A stretch of 53,490 nt of DNA from a virus (taxonomy: Duplodnaviria; Caudoviricetes): positions 1 to 53,490 of the IMG/VR virus record IMGVR_UViG_3300032116_000274. One strand, given 5' to 3'. A program made the translations under genes and the position numbers. The notes under the pieces were generated by a model. It had not been told where the DNA came from, did not search any database, and was given only the letters and a program-made list of their open reading frames with translations. How positions within the stretch are numbered: the first letter of the stretch is position 1; each line of letters starts with the position of its first letter. Shown piece by piece: positions 29,051 through 37,356 of the stretch.

Positions 29051-30118
29051 ATGGCACTATCATTAGCTCAAATTCGTGAAAAACTACTTGAACAACAAAA
29101 TTCAAAAGACCGTGCTCGTACAGGAGGCGGTGGTGGGGACAAAGCAAATTACCCCTTTTGGAGCAATCCAGACGGCAGCACTGCAACACTGAGATTCCTC
29201 CCTGATGGCGACACCAGCAATGACTTCTTTTGGGTGGAGCGGCTGATTATTCGACTTCCATTTCCCAGCATCAAAGGACAAGCTTCCACTGGTCGTCCAG
29301 TTGAAGTGCAAGTTCCATGTGTGGACATGTGGAAACCAGGCAGTTGCCCAATCAACGCGGAGATCCGTCCTTGGTGGAAGGGTGGCAAGGAAATGGAGGA
29401 TATGGCACGCAAGTATTGGCGTAAAAAGAGCTTTCTGTTCCAGGGCTTTGTGACTCAGAATCCCAACCCAGAGGATCAGGCAAACCTTCCAGAAAATCCA
29501 ATTCGACGCTTTGTGATCAACCCCTCGGTGTTTGATCGGATCAAAACTGTATTCCTTGATCAGGAAGTGGAAAACAATCCCATCGACTATGACAACGGAT
29601 TGGATTTCCGCCTCGTAAAGGGCAGCAAGGGCGGATATGCTGACTATGGCACAAGCTCTTGGGCACGTCGTGAGCGTGCACTGAGTGATGAGGAACGTGC
29701 AGCTATTGACAACTATGGTTTGTTCACCCTCAGCAACTATCTGCCCAAGCGCCCAGATGATGCACACATGCAGGCTATTATGGACATGTTCCATGACTCA
29801 GTTGATGAGAAGCCATATGACCCTGACAAGTACGCACAGTTTTACAAGCCATTTGGCCTACAAACTGATGGCGATTCTGGATCCTCTATGGCAAAGGATG
29901 TTGCTGGTGCAGAACAACGGTTTTCAAAGCCTGCAACTGTATCACGCAATATTGCAGTGTCAACACCAGCAGCATCCTCAGATGTTGATGATGTACCGTT
30001 TGATGGGGCAAAAGCTGTGTCTCCAGCACCCAGCACAGAAAGTGGAGAAGCCAAGAAGATGACAAGTCCAGAAGACATTCTGGCTGCACTTCGTCGCCGG
30101 CAACAAGCCAAGGCGTAA
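29051..30118 (+). CDS. Single-stranded DNA-binding protein (gp32-like)
   Basis: LRFLPD, Cys pair (VPCVDMW...CPI), YWRKKS, FRLVKGSKGGYADY..S.W; lies upstream of UvsX. Confidence 0.88.
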   Translation: MALSLAQIREKLLEQQNSKDRARTGGGGGDKANYPFWSNPDGSTATLRFLPDGDTSNDFFWVERLIIRLPFPSIKGQASTGRPVEVQVPCVDMWKPGSCPINAEIRPWWKGGKEMEDMARKYWRKKSFLFQGFVTQNPNPEDQANLPENPIRRFVINPSVFDRIKTVFLDQEVENNPIDYDNGLDFRLVKGSKGGYADYGTSSWARRERALSDEERAAIDNYGLFTLSNYLPKRPDDAHMQAIMDMFHDSVDEKPYDPDKYAQFYKPFGLQTDGDSGSSMAKDVAGAEQRFSKPATVSRNIAVSTPAASSDVDDVPFDGAKAVSPAPSTESGEAKKMTSPEDILAALRRRQQAKA

Positions 30119-30130
30119 ACCGGCCCACAA

Positions 30131-30156
30131 AGGTGGGAAAATTTTTCCCACCTTTT
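30131..30156 (+). terminator. Intrinsic terminator after SSB
   Basis: AGGTGGGAAAA-TTTTTCCCACCT hairpin followed by a T run. Confidence 0.75.
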
Positions 30157-30184
30157 ATCTCCCCTCTTTTAACAAGGAAAAAAT

Positions 30185-31258
30185 ATGAAACCGATGGACT
30201 TATCCAAATTCCGGAAGGATATTGCTAAGAGCATTCCTGGCTTGTCAGTGGGCTTCCGTGATCCCAAAGTGTGGATCTCAACTGGTAACTATGCACTCAA
30301 CTACGCTATCTCTGGTAAGTTCCAAGATGGTGGGATTCCTTTAGGCAAAGTAACCATGCTGGCTGGCCAAAGTGGCAGCGGCAAATCCTTCTTGGCTTCT
30401 GGCAACTTAACTGCAAACGCACAAAAGAAGGATGTGTTTGTGGTATTGGTTGACACTGAAAATGCTTTGGATGAAGCTTGGCTGAAAGCTCTTGATGTAG
30501 ACACATCAGAAGACAAGCTTTTGAAGGCCAACTTGGCAATGATTGATGACGTTGCCAAGCTGATTTCAGATTTCATGAAAGACTACAAAGCTCGTTACGG
30601 CAGTGTTGCTGAAGAAGAACGTCCTCGAGTACTTTTTGTGATCGACAGTTTGGGTATGTTGCTTACTCCAACTGACGTAAATCAATTTGAGGCTGGTGAG
30701 CTCAAAGGTGATATGGGCAGGAAGCCTCGAGCACTAGCTGCTCTAGTGAGAAATTGTGTAAACATGTTTGGTGAGTATGACATTGGCATGATTTGCACAA
30801 ACCACAGTTATGCAAGTCAAGACATGTTCAATCCAGATGATGTAATCAGTGGTGGACAAGGCCCAATCTATGCCAGCAGCATTGTTCTTGCTATGCGCAA
30901 GCTCAAGCTCAAGGAAGATGAGATGGGCAACAAAACCACTGACGTCAAAGGTATCCGTGCTCAGTGCAAAGTCATGAAAACCCGCTACAATCAACCATTT
31001 ACTTCGGTCGAGGTTAAAATCCCCTACGATCGTGGCATGGACCCCTATAGCGGTCTATTTGACCTCTTCCAACAAAAAGGGTTAGTGATTAAAGACGGCA
31101 ATAAGTGGTGCTATACCGCTTTAGACGGCAGCCAAATCAAGAAGTTTGAAAAGGCTTGGGACAGAAACGAGGATGGCTGTTTGGATAAAATTATTGAAGA
31201 ATTCCATTTACGTCCTAAGGGTTCCATGAACCCCTCTGCTGACCATTTAGAGGAATAA
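30185..31258 (+). CDS. uvsX: RecA-like recombinase UvsX
   Basis: STGNYALN, GQSGSGKS, DTENA, VIDSLG, TNH and SGG. Confidence 0.95.
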   Translation: MKPMDLSKFRKDIAKSIPGLSVGFRDPKVWISTGNYALNYAISGKFQDGGIPLGKVTMLAGQSGSGKSFLASGNLTANAQKKDVFVVLVDTENALDEAWLKALDVDTSEDKLLKANLAMIDDVAKLISDFMKDYKARYGSVAEEERPRVLFVIDSLGMLLTPTDVNQFEAGELKGDMGRKPRALAALVRNCVNMFGEYDIGMICTNHSYASQDMFNPDDVISGGQGPIYASSIVLAMRKLKLKEDEMGNKTTDVKGIRAQCKVMKTRYNQPFTSVEVKIPYDRGMDPYSGLFDLFQQKGLVIKDGNKWCYTALDGSQIKKFEKAWDRNEDGCLDKIIEEFHLRPKGSMNPSADHLEE

Positions 31259-31261
31259 GTT

Positions 31262-31320
31262 ACATAAGCCTCAAGACTAGATACTAAATATCTATTGAAG
31301 ATCTAGTCTTGAGGTTATGT
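31262..31320 (+). promoter_or_regulatory. RBS-sequestering hairpin with late promoter in its loop
   Basis: CCTCAAGACTAGAT (31269-82) pairs perfectly with ATCTAGTCTTGAGG (31301-14). TAAATA (31285-90) is in the loop; the GAGG RBS is in the 3' arm. Confidence 0.85.
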
Positions 31321-32154
31321 ATGCAATCAAATAATACAATCCCATTTGTCTATAAATGGACAGAAATCTCAACTGGTATGTGGTATATTGGTGCTCGATT
31401 TGCGACCGGATGCCATCCAGATGATGGATATATCTGTTCAAGTAAAATTGTTAAACCTAAAATATTAAGCAACCCTTCTGATTGGGTTAGGGAGATATTA
31501 GCAGTTTGTGAAAGTCCAGCGATGGCTCAAACCCGCGAATCAGAAATACTGCTTGAGGTAAATGCTGCTAAAGATCCACAAAGCTACAACCAAACAAACG
31601 GTGATGGTAAATTTCATCGTTGTGGTCCGCACCGGTCAGAGTCTATTAGCAAAATGAAAATGCTCAAAGCCGGTGAAAGAAATCCTATGTATGGCAGACC
31701 CGGCCCTATGAAAGGAAAGAAACACAAAGAAGAATCGAAAAAAAGGATTGGCACAGCACAAAAAGGCCGAATCACTACTAGTGAACATGCACAGAAAATC
31801 AGCCAATCTCTTACAGGCCTATCATGGATCAACAATGGAATTGAAAGTAAGCGCATTGATATACCTACCTCCAGTATACCTGAGGGGTGGAGGCTAGGTA
31901 TGTTACCAGAGCATGCCGAAAAATTAGCTGAGTCTCGCAAGGGCGAAAACCATTGGAACTATGGGCAATCACACAAAGATGAAACAAAGAATAAAATTTC
32001 TGCATCCTTAAAAGGTAGAAAAGATTCTCCGGAAGTCTGCCTGAAAAAGAAACTTAGTAATGCACTTAGGCCAAAAATGATTTGTTTGGGTTGCGGAAAG
32101 TCTTATCTATCTTGTCACAAACGGTATCATTTATCGTGTAACGCCCCTCTATAA
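31321..32154 (+). mobile_element. Free-standing GIY-YIG (Seg-like) homing endonuclease with NUMOD3 repeats
   Basis: FVYKW...WYIGAR...YICSS...E...YN; NPMYG, MKGKKHKEESKKRI and HKDETKNKIS. Confidence 0.88.
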
Positions 32155-32171
32155 AAATGAAGTATTTACAG

Positions 32172-32193
32172 GCGGGACAATTTGTCCCGCTTT
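32172..32193 (+). terminator. Intrinsic terminator
   Basis: GCGGGACA-att-TGTCCCGC-TTT. Confidence 0.7.
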
Positions 32194-32246
32194 CATTGTT
32201 TTGACATAAATCACCTATATAATCACGCATAATAGGAGATCAAAAA

Positions 32247-32438
32247 ATGGCAAAAGCAGCTACAGTTATTGTAATGCTAGTGAATCAAGAACATGATACC
32301 CCCACCAAATACATGACTCATGTAACCACAAAGGGCACAAAAGCGGGAGAAAAACTCCGTTTGAGAAAGTATGACCCTGTGGTACAAAAACACTGTTGGT
32401 TTGGTCAAAAAAAGCTACCTTCGCCAAAATCCCGCTAA
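32247..32438 (+). CDS. rpmG: Ribosomal protein bL33 homologue (Zn-free type)
   Basis: MAKAATVIVMLV...EKLRLRKYDPVVQKHCWF carries the L33 signature KL.L.KYDP...KH..F; strong RBS AGGAG. Confidence 0.85.
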   Translation: MAKAATVIVMLVNQEHDTPTKYMTHVTTKGTKAGEKLRLRKYDPVVQKHCWFGQKKLPSPKSR

Positions 32439-32452
32439 GGAAGCGTTGAATT

Positions 32453-33304
32453 ATGTTACAGCAGATCAACTCGCAACTGGATGCGAGTGTAAATTTTGTT
32501 GAGCAGCAGCTCACAGGATTTATTGAGTCGCGCTATGTGAGACGACAAGAAAATTATTTCATAGCATATCTCAGTTCACAAACTGGATGTAATCGTGGAT
32601 GTCAAATGTGTCATCTCACTGCCACCAAACAAACACAGTTTACAAACTTAGACCTTTTGGATTTTGTGTCGCAGTTTGAAACTGTTTTAGCTCATTATGA
32701 AAAACACACACCTGCCAAAACAGTGCATTTAAATTTCATGGCCCGGGGAGAGCCTCTTGCCAATCCCACAGTGCTTAACACTGGATCAGAACTTCTGTGG
32801 AAATTGGGAAACATTGCTTTGGAACGGGGCTTGAGGCCCAAGTTCAACATCAGCACAATCATGCCTGTAACGCTGAAAAAAAGCTTGTGCGATGTATTTC
32901 CAATAATTTGGCCCACAGTGTATTATTCCATTTATTCGGTAAATTCTTCATTTAGAAACAAATGGTTGCCAGCAGCAATGCCAGTGGAGCGTGCCCTGGA
33001 TAATCTCCGGGAATATCAACAAATATCCAAAAAGATCGTTAAGTTCCACTGTGCATTTATCCAGGATGAGAACGACAGTGAACAAGATGTTGAAAGGATG
33101 CTGCGTCTCATTCAAAGCTATGGTTTTCACAGTGAGTTCAACATCGTGAGATACAATCCTTATAGTGATTTACAAGGCCAGGAAAGCAGCCGGGTGAGTG
33201 ACATAGCTGATCAAATCCAGCATTATATGCCCTGCAAGATTATTCCCCGGGTGGGAGTGGATTGCAAAGCTTCATGTGGGCAATTTGTTCCCAGTAGCCT
33301 TTAA
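32453..33304 (+). CDS. RlmN/Cfr-like radical SAM RNA methyltransferase homologue
   Basis: IES; SSQTGCNRGCQMC (CxxxCxxC); FMARGEP (cf. MGMGEP); IST; ND; YNP; ASCGQF (cf. AACGQL). Confidence 0.85.
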   Translation: MLQQINSQLDASVNFVEQQLTGFIESRYVRRQENYFIAYLSSQTGCNRGCQMCHLTATKQTQFTNLDLLDFVSQFETVLAHYEKHTPAKTVHLNFMARGEPLANPTVLNTGSELLWKLGNIALERGLRPKFNISTIMPVTLKKSLCDVFPIIWPTVYYSIYSVNSSFRNKWLPAAMPVERALDNLREYQQISKKIVKFHCAFIQDENDSEQDVERMLRLIQSYGFHSEFNIVRYNPYSDLQGQESSRVSDIADQIQHYMPCKIIPRVGVDCKASCGQFVPSSL

Positions 33305-33335
33305 ATAACCCCAGATTTTTATGGAGAAACTAGCA

Positions 33336-33554
33336 ATGGAAATTGATGCAAAACTTATTGCAGAGCTTTGGGAAACAGTCAAGGATTTGATTCCTGCCAG
33401 CAAGCGTGATGATGTTGCCTTGGAATTCATGAGTGTTTTTGAAGACAATGATGTGGAGATACATGACATGGATGCCTTGCGCGGCGCAGATGACAGCTTG
33501 GATTCAGCTTTGGATGAACTATATGGAGACGTTGACTTAGACGAAGACTACTAG
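33336..33554 (+). CDS. Small acidic hypothetical protein
   Basis: TAAATA at 33302, RBS GGAG, ATG 33336. Confidence 0.75.
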   Translation: MEIDAKLIAELWETVKDLIPASKRDDVALEFMSVFEDNDVEIHDMDALRGADDSLDSALDELYGDVDLDEDY

Positions 33555-33565
33555 TATCAACTCCT

Positions 33566-34018
33566 ATGTGGTTTAACAAAGTCAAAAACGACCTATCTCA
33601 AATTCCCGATATGGTTGAATATTACAATTTTGAACTAGAGGCTGCACAAAAAGAGTGCAGGGTTTTTGGCAGCCTCGAAAAAAACAGTCAAGAACTTCCG
33701 GGTAATGTCAGCTGGCGGTTTGGCCAACTGCAAGAGATTGAAGCTGTATTGAAGCACTTGAATAATCTTGTGGACAAAATGCGAAGCGATTTGTATCGTC
33801 GTTACCTGGAACGCTACAACAGAGAGCTTTCAGATCGTGCCATTGAAAAATACATTGATGGTGAATCTGATATTCAAAACATGCTGAGTCTTGTAAACGA
33901 AGTGGCTTTGTTACGAAACAAATACCTAGGCATTATCAAAGCCCTTGAAATCAAGGGCTTTCAACTCAATAATATTATCCGACTTCGTGCGGTGGGAATG
34001 AATGATTCTGAGCTCTAG
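33566..34018 (+). CDS. uvsY: Recombination mediator UvsY-like
   Basis: Helical ~150 aa with YIDGE...KYLGIIKALEIKGFQLNNI.RLR; near UvsX and SSB. Confidence 0.7.
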   Translation: MWFNKVKNDLSQIPDMVEYYNFELEAAQKECRVFGSLEKNSQELPGNVSWRFGQLQEIEAVLKHLNNLVDKMRSDLYRRYLERYNRELSDRAIEKYIDGESDIQNMLSLVNEVALLRNKYLGIIKALEIKGFQLNNIIRLRAVGMNDSEL

Positions 34019-34326
34019 CTCTTGCAAACTTCTTCCTTGAGTATTTGTTCCATCTCTTGGGGCGTAACTTGTCCACACTCAAGTACAGTATAGAGTTGGG
34101 CAAGTTTGTGGCCCCAGCTATCGTCATGGCGATTCAAACAGTCAACAGTTTCAGCCATTTTGTTCACCAAAACATTCTGACTGGCCCAAAGCTGTTCTAG
34201 AGCTGATATGCTGCCCTTCAATAAAACTATTAAATCAGCATGGGACAAGGCCTTTTCTTTTTCCAGAGCTGATTTCAAATGATTTAAAAAATCTCTGGGA
34301 TTGTCAAACATCAAAACTTTGTTCAT
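34015..34326 (-). CDS. Hypothetical protein
   Basis: 103-aa ORF with TAGACA...CATAAT promoter just upstream. Confidence 0.65.
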   Translation of the reverse strand: MNKVLMFDNPRDFLNHLKSALEKEKALSHADLIVLLKGSISALEQLWASQNVLVNKMAETVDCLNRHDDSWGHKLAQLYTVLECGQVTPQEMEQILKEEVCKS

Positions 34327-34384
34327 AAAAAGATTATGAAGAATCTATTTTGGGTTTGTCTATTGAAACCATTACAATCCCATC

Positions 34385-35197
34385 ATGATCAAACTGTTTT
34401 TTGCCATCTCAGCTGTTTTGCTGGTATTCAATAATGCATATGCACAACAAATTCCTCCTAGGCCATTGGAAGCGTGCTTAACAGAAGCACCTTGGGGCTT
34501 TCCCAATGCAGCCTTGCCCACAGGACAGCCTATTTGTAGGATGGCATATGCCTTGCTACATGACAATAGAGCCAAAATACCTTTGTGGACTGTCTATACC
34601 TTAACTCCAGAAAAGGCTATGGGTTGTGGTAAGCGCAGCGATGCTTTCTCTCCAGATCAAAGCTTGCCTCGCGGAGAAAGAGCTGAACTAGGCGATTATC
34701 GTGCAAGCGGTTACGATACAGGGCATATGGTGAATTCTGCAGACATGCTGTGGAGCATAACTGCTGAGCGGGAAAGCTTCATTCTCAGCAACATGAGTCC
34801 GCAATTGCCCAATGTCAACAGAGGTCCATGGAAAACTCTTGAAACAGGTATAAGAGGCTGGACACAGCAAACTGGCGATACATACACAATTTACAGTGGC
34901 AACATTTATGACGCCAGCACTGCCAAAACCATTGGCCGCAGTGCTGTGGTTGTGCCCACTGGCCTTTGGAAAGTTGTGGTGAGTCATCGTTCTGGAGAGG
35001 CGTGGGCCTTTTTGTTTCCCAACCAGCCCAACATCTCTACAGACTTAAAGAGCTTTCAAGTAACTGTGGCTGAACTGGAAGCGGCTATAGGTTATGAAAT
35101 TCCCATGCCAGGCAACAAAAACACTAAACCCCTGTTGCTTCCAGTCCGTAGTGTAAGTGAGGCGAGGCAAGCAGTTTGCACCTTGCCTCAGCGATAA
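34385..35197 (+). CDS. Exported DNA/RNA non-specific endonuclease (NucA/Serratia family)
   Basis: Signal peptide (...AYA/QQ), YRASGYDTGHM, ESFILSNMSPQ, NRGPWKTLE and VPTGLWK. Confidence 0.9.
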   Translation: MIKLFFAISAVLLVFNNAYAQQIPPRPLEACLTEAPWGFPNAALPTGQPICRMAYALLHDNRAKIPLWTVYTLTPEKAMGCGKRSDAFSPDQSLPRGERAELGDYRASGYDTGHMVNSADMLWSITAERESFILSNMSPQLPNVNRGPWKTLETGIRGWTQQTGDTYTIYSGNIYDASTAKTIGRSAVVVPTGLWKVVVSHRSGEAWAFLFPNQPNISTDLKSFQVTVAELEAAIGYEIPMPGNKNTKPLLLPVRSVSEARQAVCTLPQR

Positions 35198-35908
35198 TTA
35201 GACTCGGTCCCAGAAAGTCAAAACTGCTGACCTTGCTGAGCTGGGACGCATTCCTGCATCTACTGCCTTTTGAATGATATCAGCTTGTGTTGCTCCCGAA
35301 TGCTTATACATCCGGATCCAGCCACGGATCATTGCAGCATAGGAACCAGCTTTTTCATTTTTGTTGGTCACAGTAGACGTTGAGGGTTGTGGGCCACTAT
35401 CCCGGCGCCACCTGCAACTCCGGTCAATCCACCCTTTGTTCCGGCAACGATAACGAACCCCTTTCTGCACCCTAGCATGTCTATGGGCTGAAATCACCAC
35501 CTCGTGCCCGGTGGTGGTAGTGTAGTGGTAGTTTCCACCAGCGTATGTGGTCTTGTAGCTGTGGTAGATGCTGCCATTGCCACCCAGTGCCACACAAACC
35601 CTCTTCCACCCTTCGTCGTGATCCCGACCCAAACTGGGGTTCATGAAACACACGATGTGTGCCACCTCATGAGCTGTGACATTTTGAAGCACGTCATCAA
35701 AATGCTCACCGTGGATAACCTGGGGGTTGAAGTGCACAGAGTATTTCTTGAGCAGCCCATTTGTGCAGAACCGGCAGCGTGCCTTGCCTGCCTTCATCCC
35801 ACGCAGGTCAAAGCGTATCTCAGTTTGCCGCAAATTCAAGCCATACAGCTGACTCGCTTGCTCAAAAAGGCTGTAAACCTTTTGTGTCATCAGTGCCAAA
35901 CGATCCAT
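35198..35908 (-). CDS. SprT-like zinc metalloprotease
   Basis: AGKA...N...HEVAH...HDEGWKRVC..LGG...H; start 35908 preferred over 35962. Confidence 0.85.
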   Translation of the reverse strand: MDRLALMTQKVYSLFEQASQLYGLNLRQTEIRFDLRGMKAGKARCRFCTNGLLKKYSVHFNPQVIHGEHFDDVLQNVTAHEVAHIVCFMNPSLGRDHDEGWKRVCVALGGNGSIYHSYKTTYAGGNYHYTTTTGHEVVISAHRHARVQKGVRYRCRNKGWIDRSCRWRRDSGPQPSTSTVTNKNEKAGSYAAMIRGWIRMYKHSGATQADIIQKAVDAGMRPSSARSAVLTFWDRV

Positions 35909-35968
35909 GTTCACATTCCGTTGCGTGCCCAGGCAGTATAGCTGAATTTGCGACCCTGTCAATCCAGT

Positions 35969-36103
35969 TTAGGCACGTGCCATCAGAGCTTCCTGGGCAG
36001 CCTCTCGTTCAACCTGGCGAAGCAGTGAGTCGGAAACCCGCCCTCCGCTGGAGAGGATCACCAGGAGACGGTGCAGACGCTGAGCAGCAGATTCGTTGAC
36101 CAT
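35969..36103 (-). CDS. Small hypothetical protein (44 aa, MVNESAAQRLHRLL...)
   Basis: RBS GAAAGGA 8 nt before ATG 36103. Confidence 0.6.
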   Translation of the reverse strand: MVNESAAQRLHRLLVILSSGGRVSDSLLRQVEREAAQEALMARA

Positions 36104-36425
36104 GACGTGTGTCCTTTCAGTTGGTTGTGTCAAGTGTTGAGCACGTGAACATAAAATCTCCACCATTGTACCCTCTATCACTGCACACTTTCACGCTAGT
36201 GTTTTGAAATCCTTGGGGCGATCTCGGATTGACGATAGTGAATGTTTTGCCCATAATGTTTGGGTTCATCAGATCCGCATATGGTTCTGATAGTTGATAT
36301 CGACCACTACTCACCACATTGCGGAAATGGGTGATGCTAATCCGATGCAGACGCTGAGCAGCAGATTCGTTTACCATGACGTGGTTCCTTTCAGTTGATT
36401 GTGTCAGGTGTTGAGCACGTGAACA
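36072..36425. repeat. 80-bp direct repeat (36072-36151 / 36346-36425), 5 mismatches
   Basis: Each copy holds a gene 3' end, RBS, ATG and the first codons MVNESAAQRLH on the minus strand. Confidence 0.95.
36117..36377 (-). CDS. Chimeric hypothetical protein (86 aa) bounded by the direct repeat
   Basis: First 12 aa are identical to the downstream ORF; the last residues come from the second repeat copy. Confidence 0.6.
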   Translation of the reverse strand: MVNESAAQRLHRISITHFRNVVSSGRYQLSEPYADLMNPNIMGKTFTIVNPRSPQGFQNTSVKVCSDRGYNGGDFMFTCSTLDTTN

Positions 36426-36676
36426 GTGATGCCATCTAGCCAGGGCATGCGCAGGAGGGTTTCTTCAGACGGGGCTAGCACCCACGCTGCCACATCTCCC
36501 TCACACATCACTCGGCTCTGGATCTTGAACTCTGCCTCACTACCGGTGCGATGGCTCACCAAACGCAAACCCTCATACCAAAAACTGTGAGCCCCACGAT
36601 CCACCTGACTGGCCTCTACCACAAACCTGCGCAGTTGGCGGCAGTAGGTCATGTCCTTGGTGCTAACCAGCATCAC
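36404..36676 (-). CDS. Hypothetical early protein
   Basis: Promoter TTGACC-16-TATATT (36725-36698) and RBS GGAG. Confidence 0.75.
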   Translation of the reverse strand: MMLVSTKDMTYCRQLRRFVVEASQVDRGAHSFWYEGLRLVSHRTGSEAEFKIQSRVMCEGDVAAWVLAPSEETLLRMPWLDGITVHVLNT

Positions 36677-36721
36677 TGTTCTCCGTTCAACATCTGCAAT
36701 ATAGCAGGTTTTTTGACAAGG

Positions 36722-36889
36722 TCAAGCCTTTGGTGGAAAAACCCTATCAAAAATCAAACCAGCAACCATACCACAAGATGCTCCCACCATAAAGCTCCAG
36801 AAAAAATTCAACTCAAACATTACCGAGACAGCTACGGCTCCAATTGAGGCAATAACTGCTGCCACTATGTATGCAACTGCGTAACACAT
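36722..36889 (-). CDS. Small two-TM membrane protein (55 aa)
   Basis: Below the ORF-track cutoff. Hand translation: MCYAVAYIVAAVIASIGAVAVSVMFELNFFWSFMVGASCGMVAGLIFDRVFPPKA. TTGACA...TATGCT upstream. Confidence 0.55.
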   Translation of the reverse strand: MCYAVAYIVAAVIASIGAVAVSVMFELNFFWSFMVGASCGMVAGLIFDRVFPPKA

Positions 36890-37038
36890 CTGCTACTCTC
36901 ACTCTTTCACATTCCTCCCCAGCATATGACTCTTACCATATCTGTCAAGCCCAAAAATTTTCCAAATAAGGCAGTTTTTCCATAGACACGCCAACATCAC
37001 ACATGTATATTGCAGGGGCAAACAAGGAGCATACGCAA

Positions 37039-37275
37039 ATGGACAAGCTTACTACAGCACTGCGGAACAATGTGGTTGTTGTGACCTTCAAGAAGGTTGA
37101 TGGAACGGTGCGTAAGATGCGCGCCACAACGGATACGAGCCGCTTCATCTACGAAAGCAAGACTACTGGGGAGCGCAAGCGCAATGACGGTGTTACTGTG
37201 CTGTGGGATATGGACAAGGGCCAGTGGCGCAGCATGCGGAACGACAGCTTGATTGAGTGGCAAGTGGAAGGTTAA
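37039..37275 (+). CDS. WYL_2/DUF2693-like SH3-fold protein
   Basis: VTFKKVDGTVRKMRAT...WDMDKGQWRSMR pattern; RBS AAGGAG. Confidence 0.8.
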   Translation: MDKLTTALRNNVVVVTFKKVDGTVRKMRATTDTSRFIYESKTTGERKRNDGVTVLWDMDKGQWRSMRNDSLIEWQVEG

Positions 37276-37280
37276 CTTTT

Positions 37281-37329
37281 AAGGCAATGCAAGAAAACAG
37301 CTTGCATTGCCTTTTCTCCCTGCTATATT
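37281..37329 (+). promoter_or_regulatory. Terminator hairpin overlapping an early promoter
   Basis: AAGGCAATGCAAG/CTTGCATTGCCTT 13-bp stem. Its 3' arm holds -35 TTGCAT; extended -10 TGCTATATT follows. Confidence 0.7.
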
Positions 37330-37356
37330 GCTGAGGCAAACAAGGAGCACTACCAA

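Noticed and set aside
26237-31258. Inteins or introns in terL or uvsX (also checked uvsW and primase)
   Set aside because: Lengths are normal with continuous motifs; both endonucleases are free-standing.
32453-33304. Calling this gene the antibiotic-resistance gene cfr
   Set aside because: It lacks the N-terminal domain and the resolving Cys; C8 vs C2 specificity cannot be read from the sequence.
36072-36425. Direct repeat as a mini-CRISPR, DGR TR/VR pair or IS ends
   Set aside because: Only two 80-bp copies, mismatches not confined to adenines, and no RT, Cas or transposase in the window.
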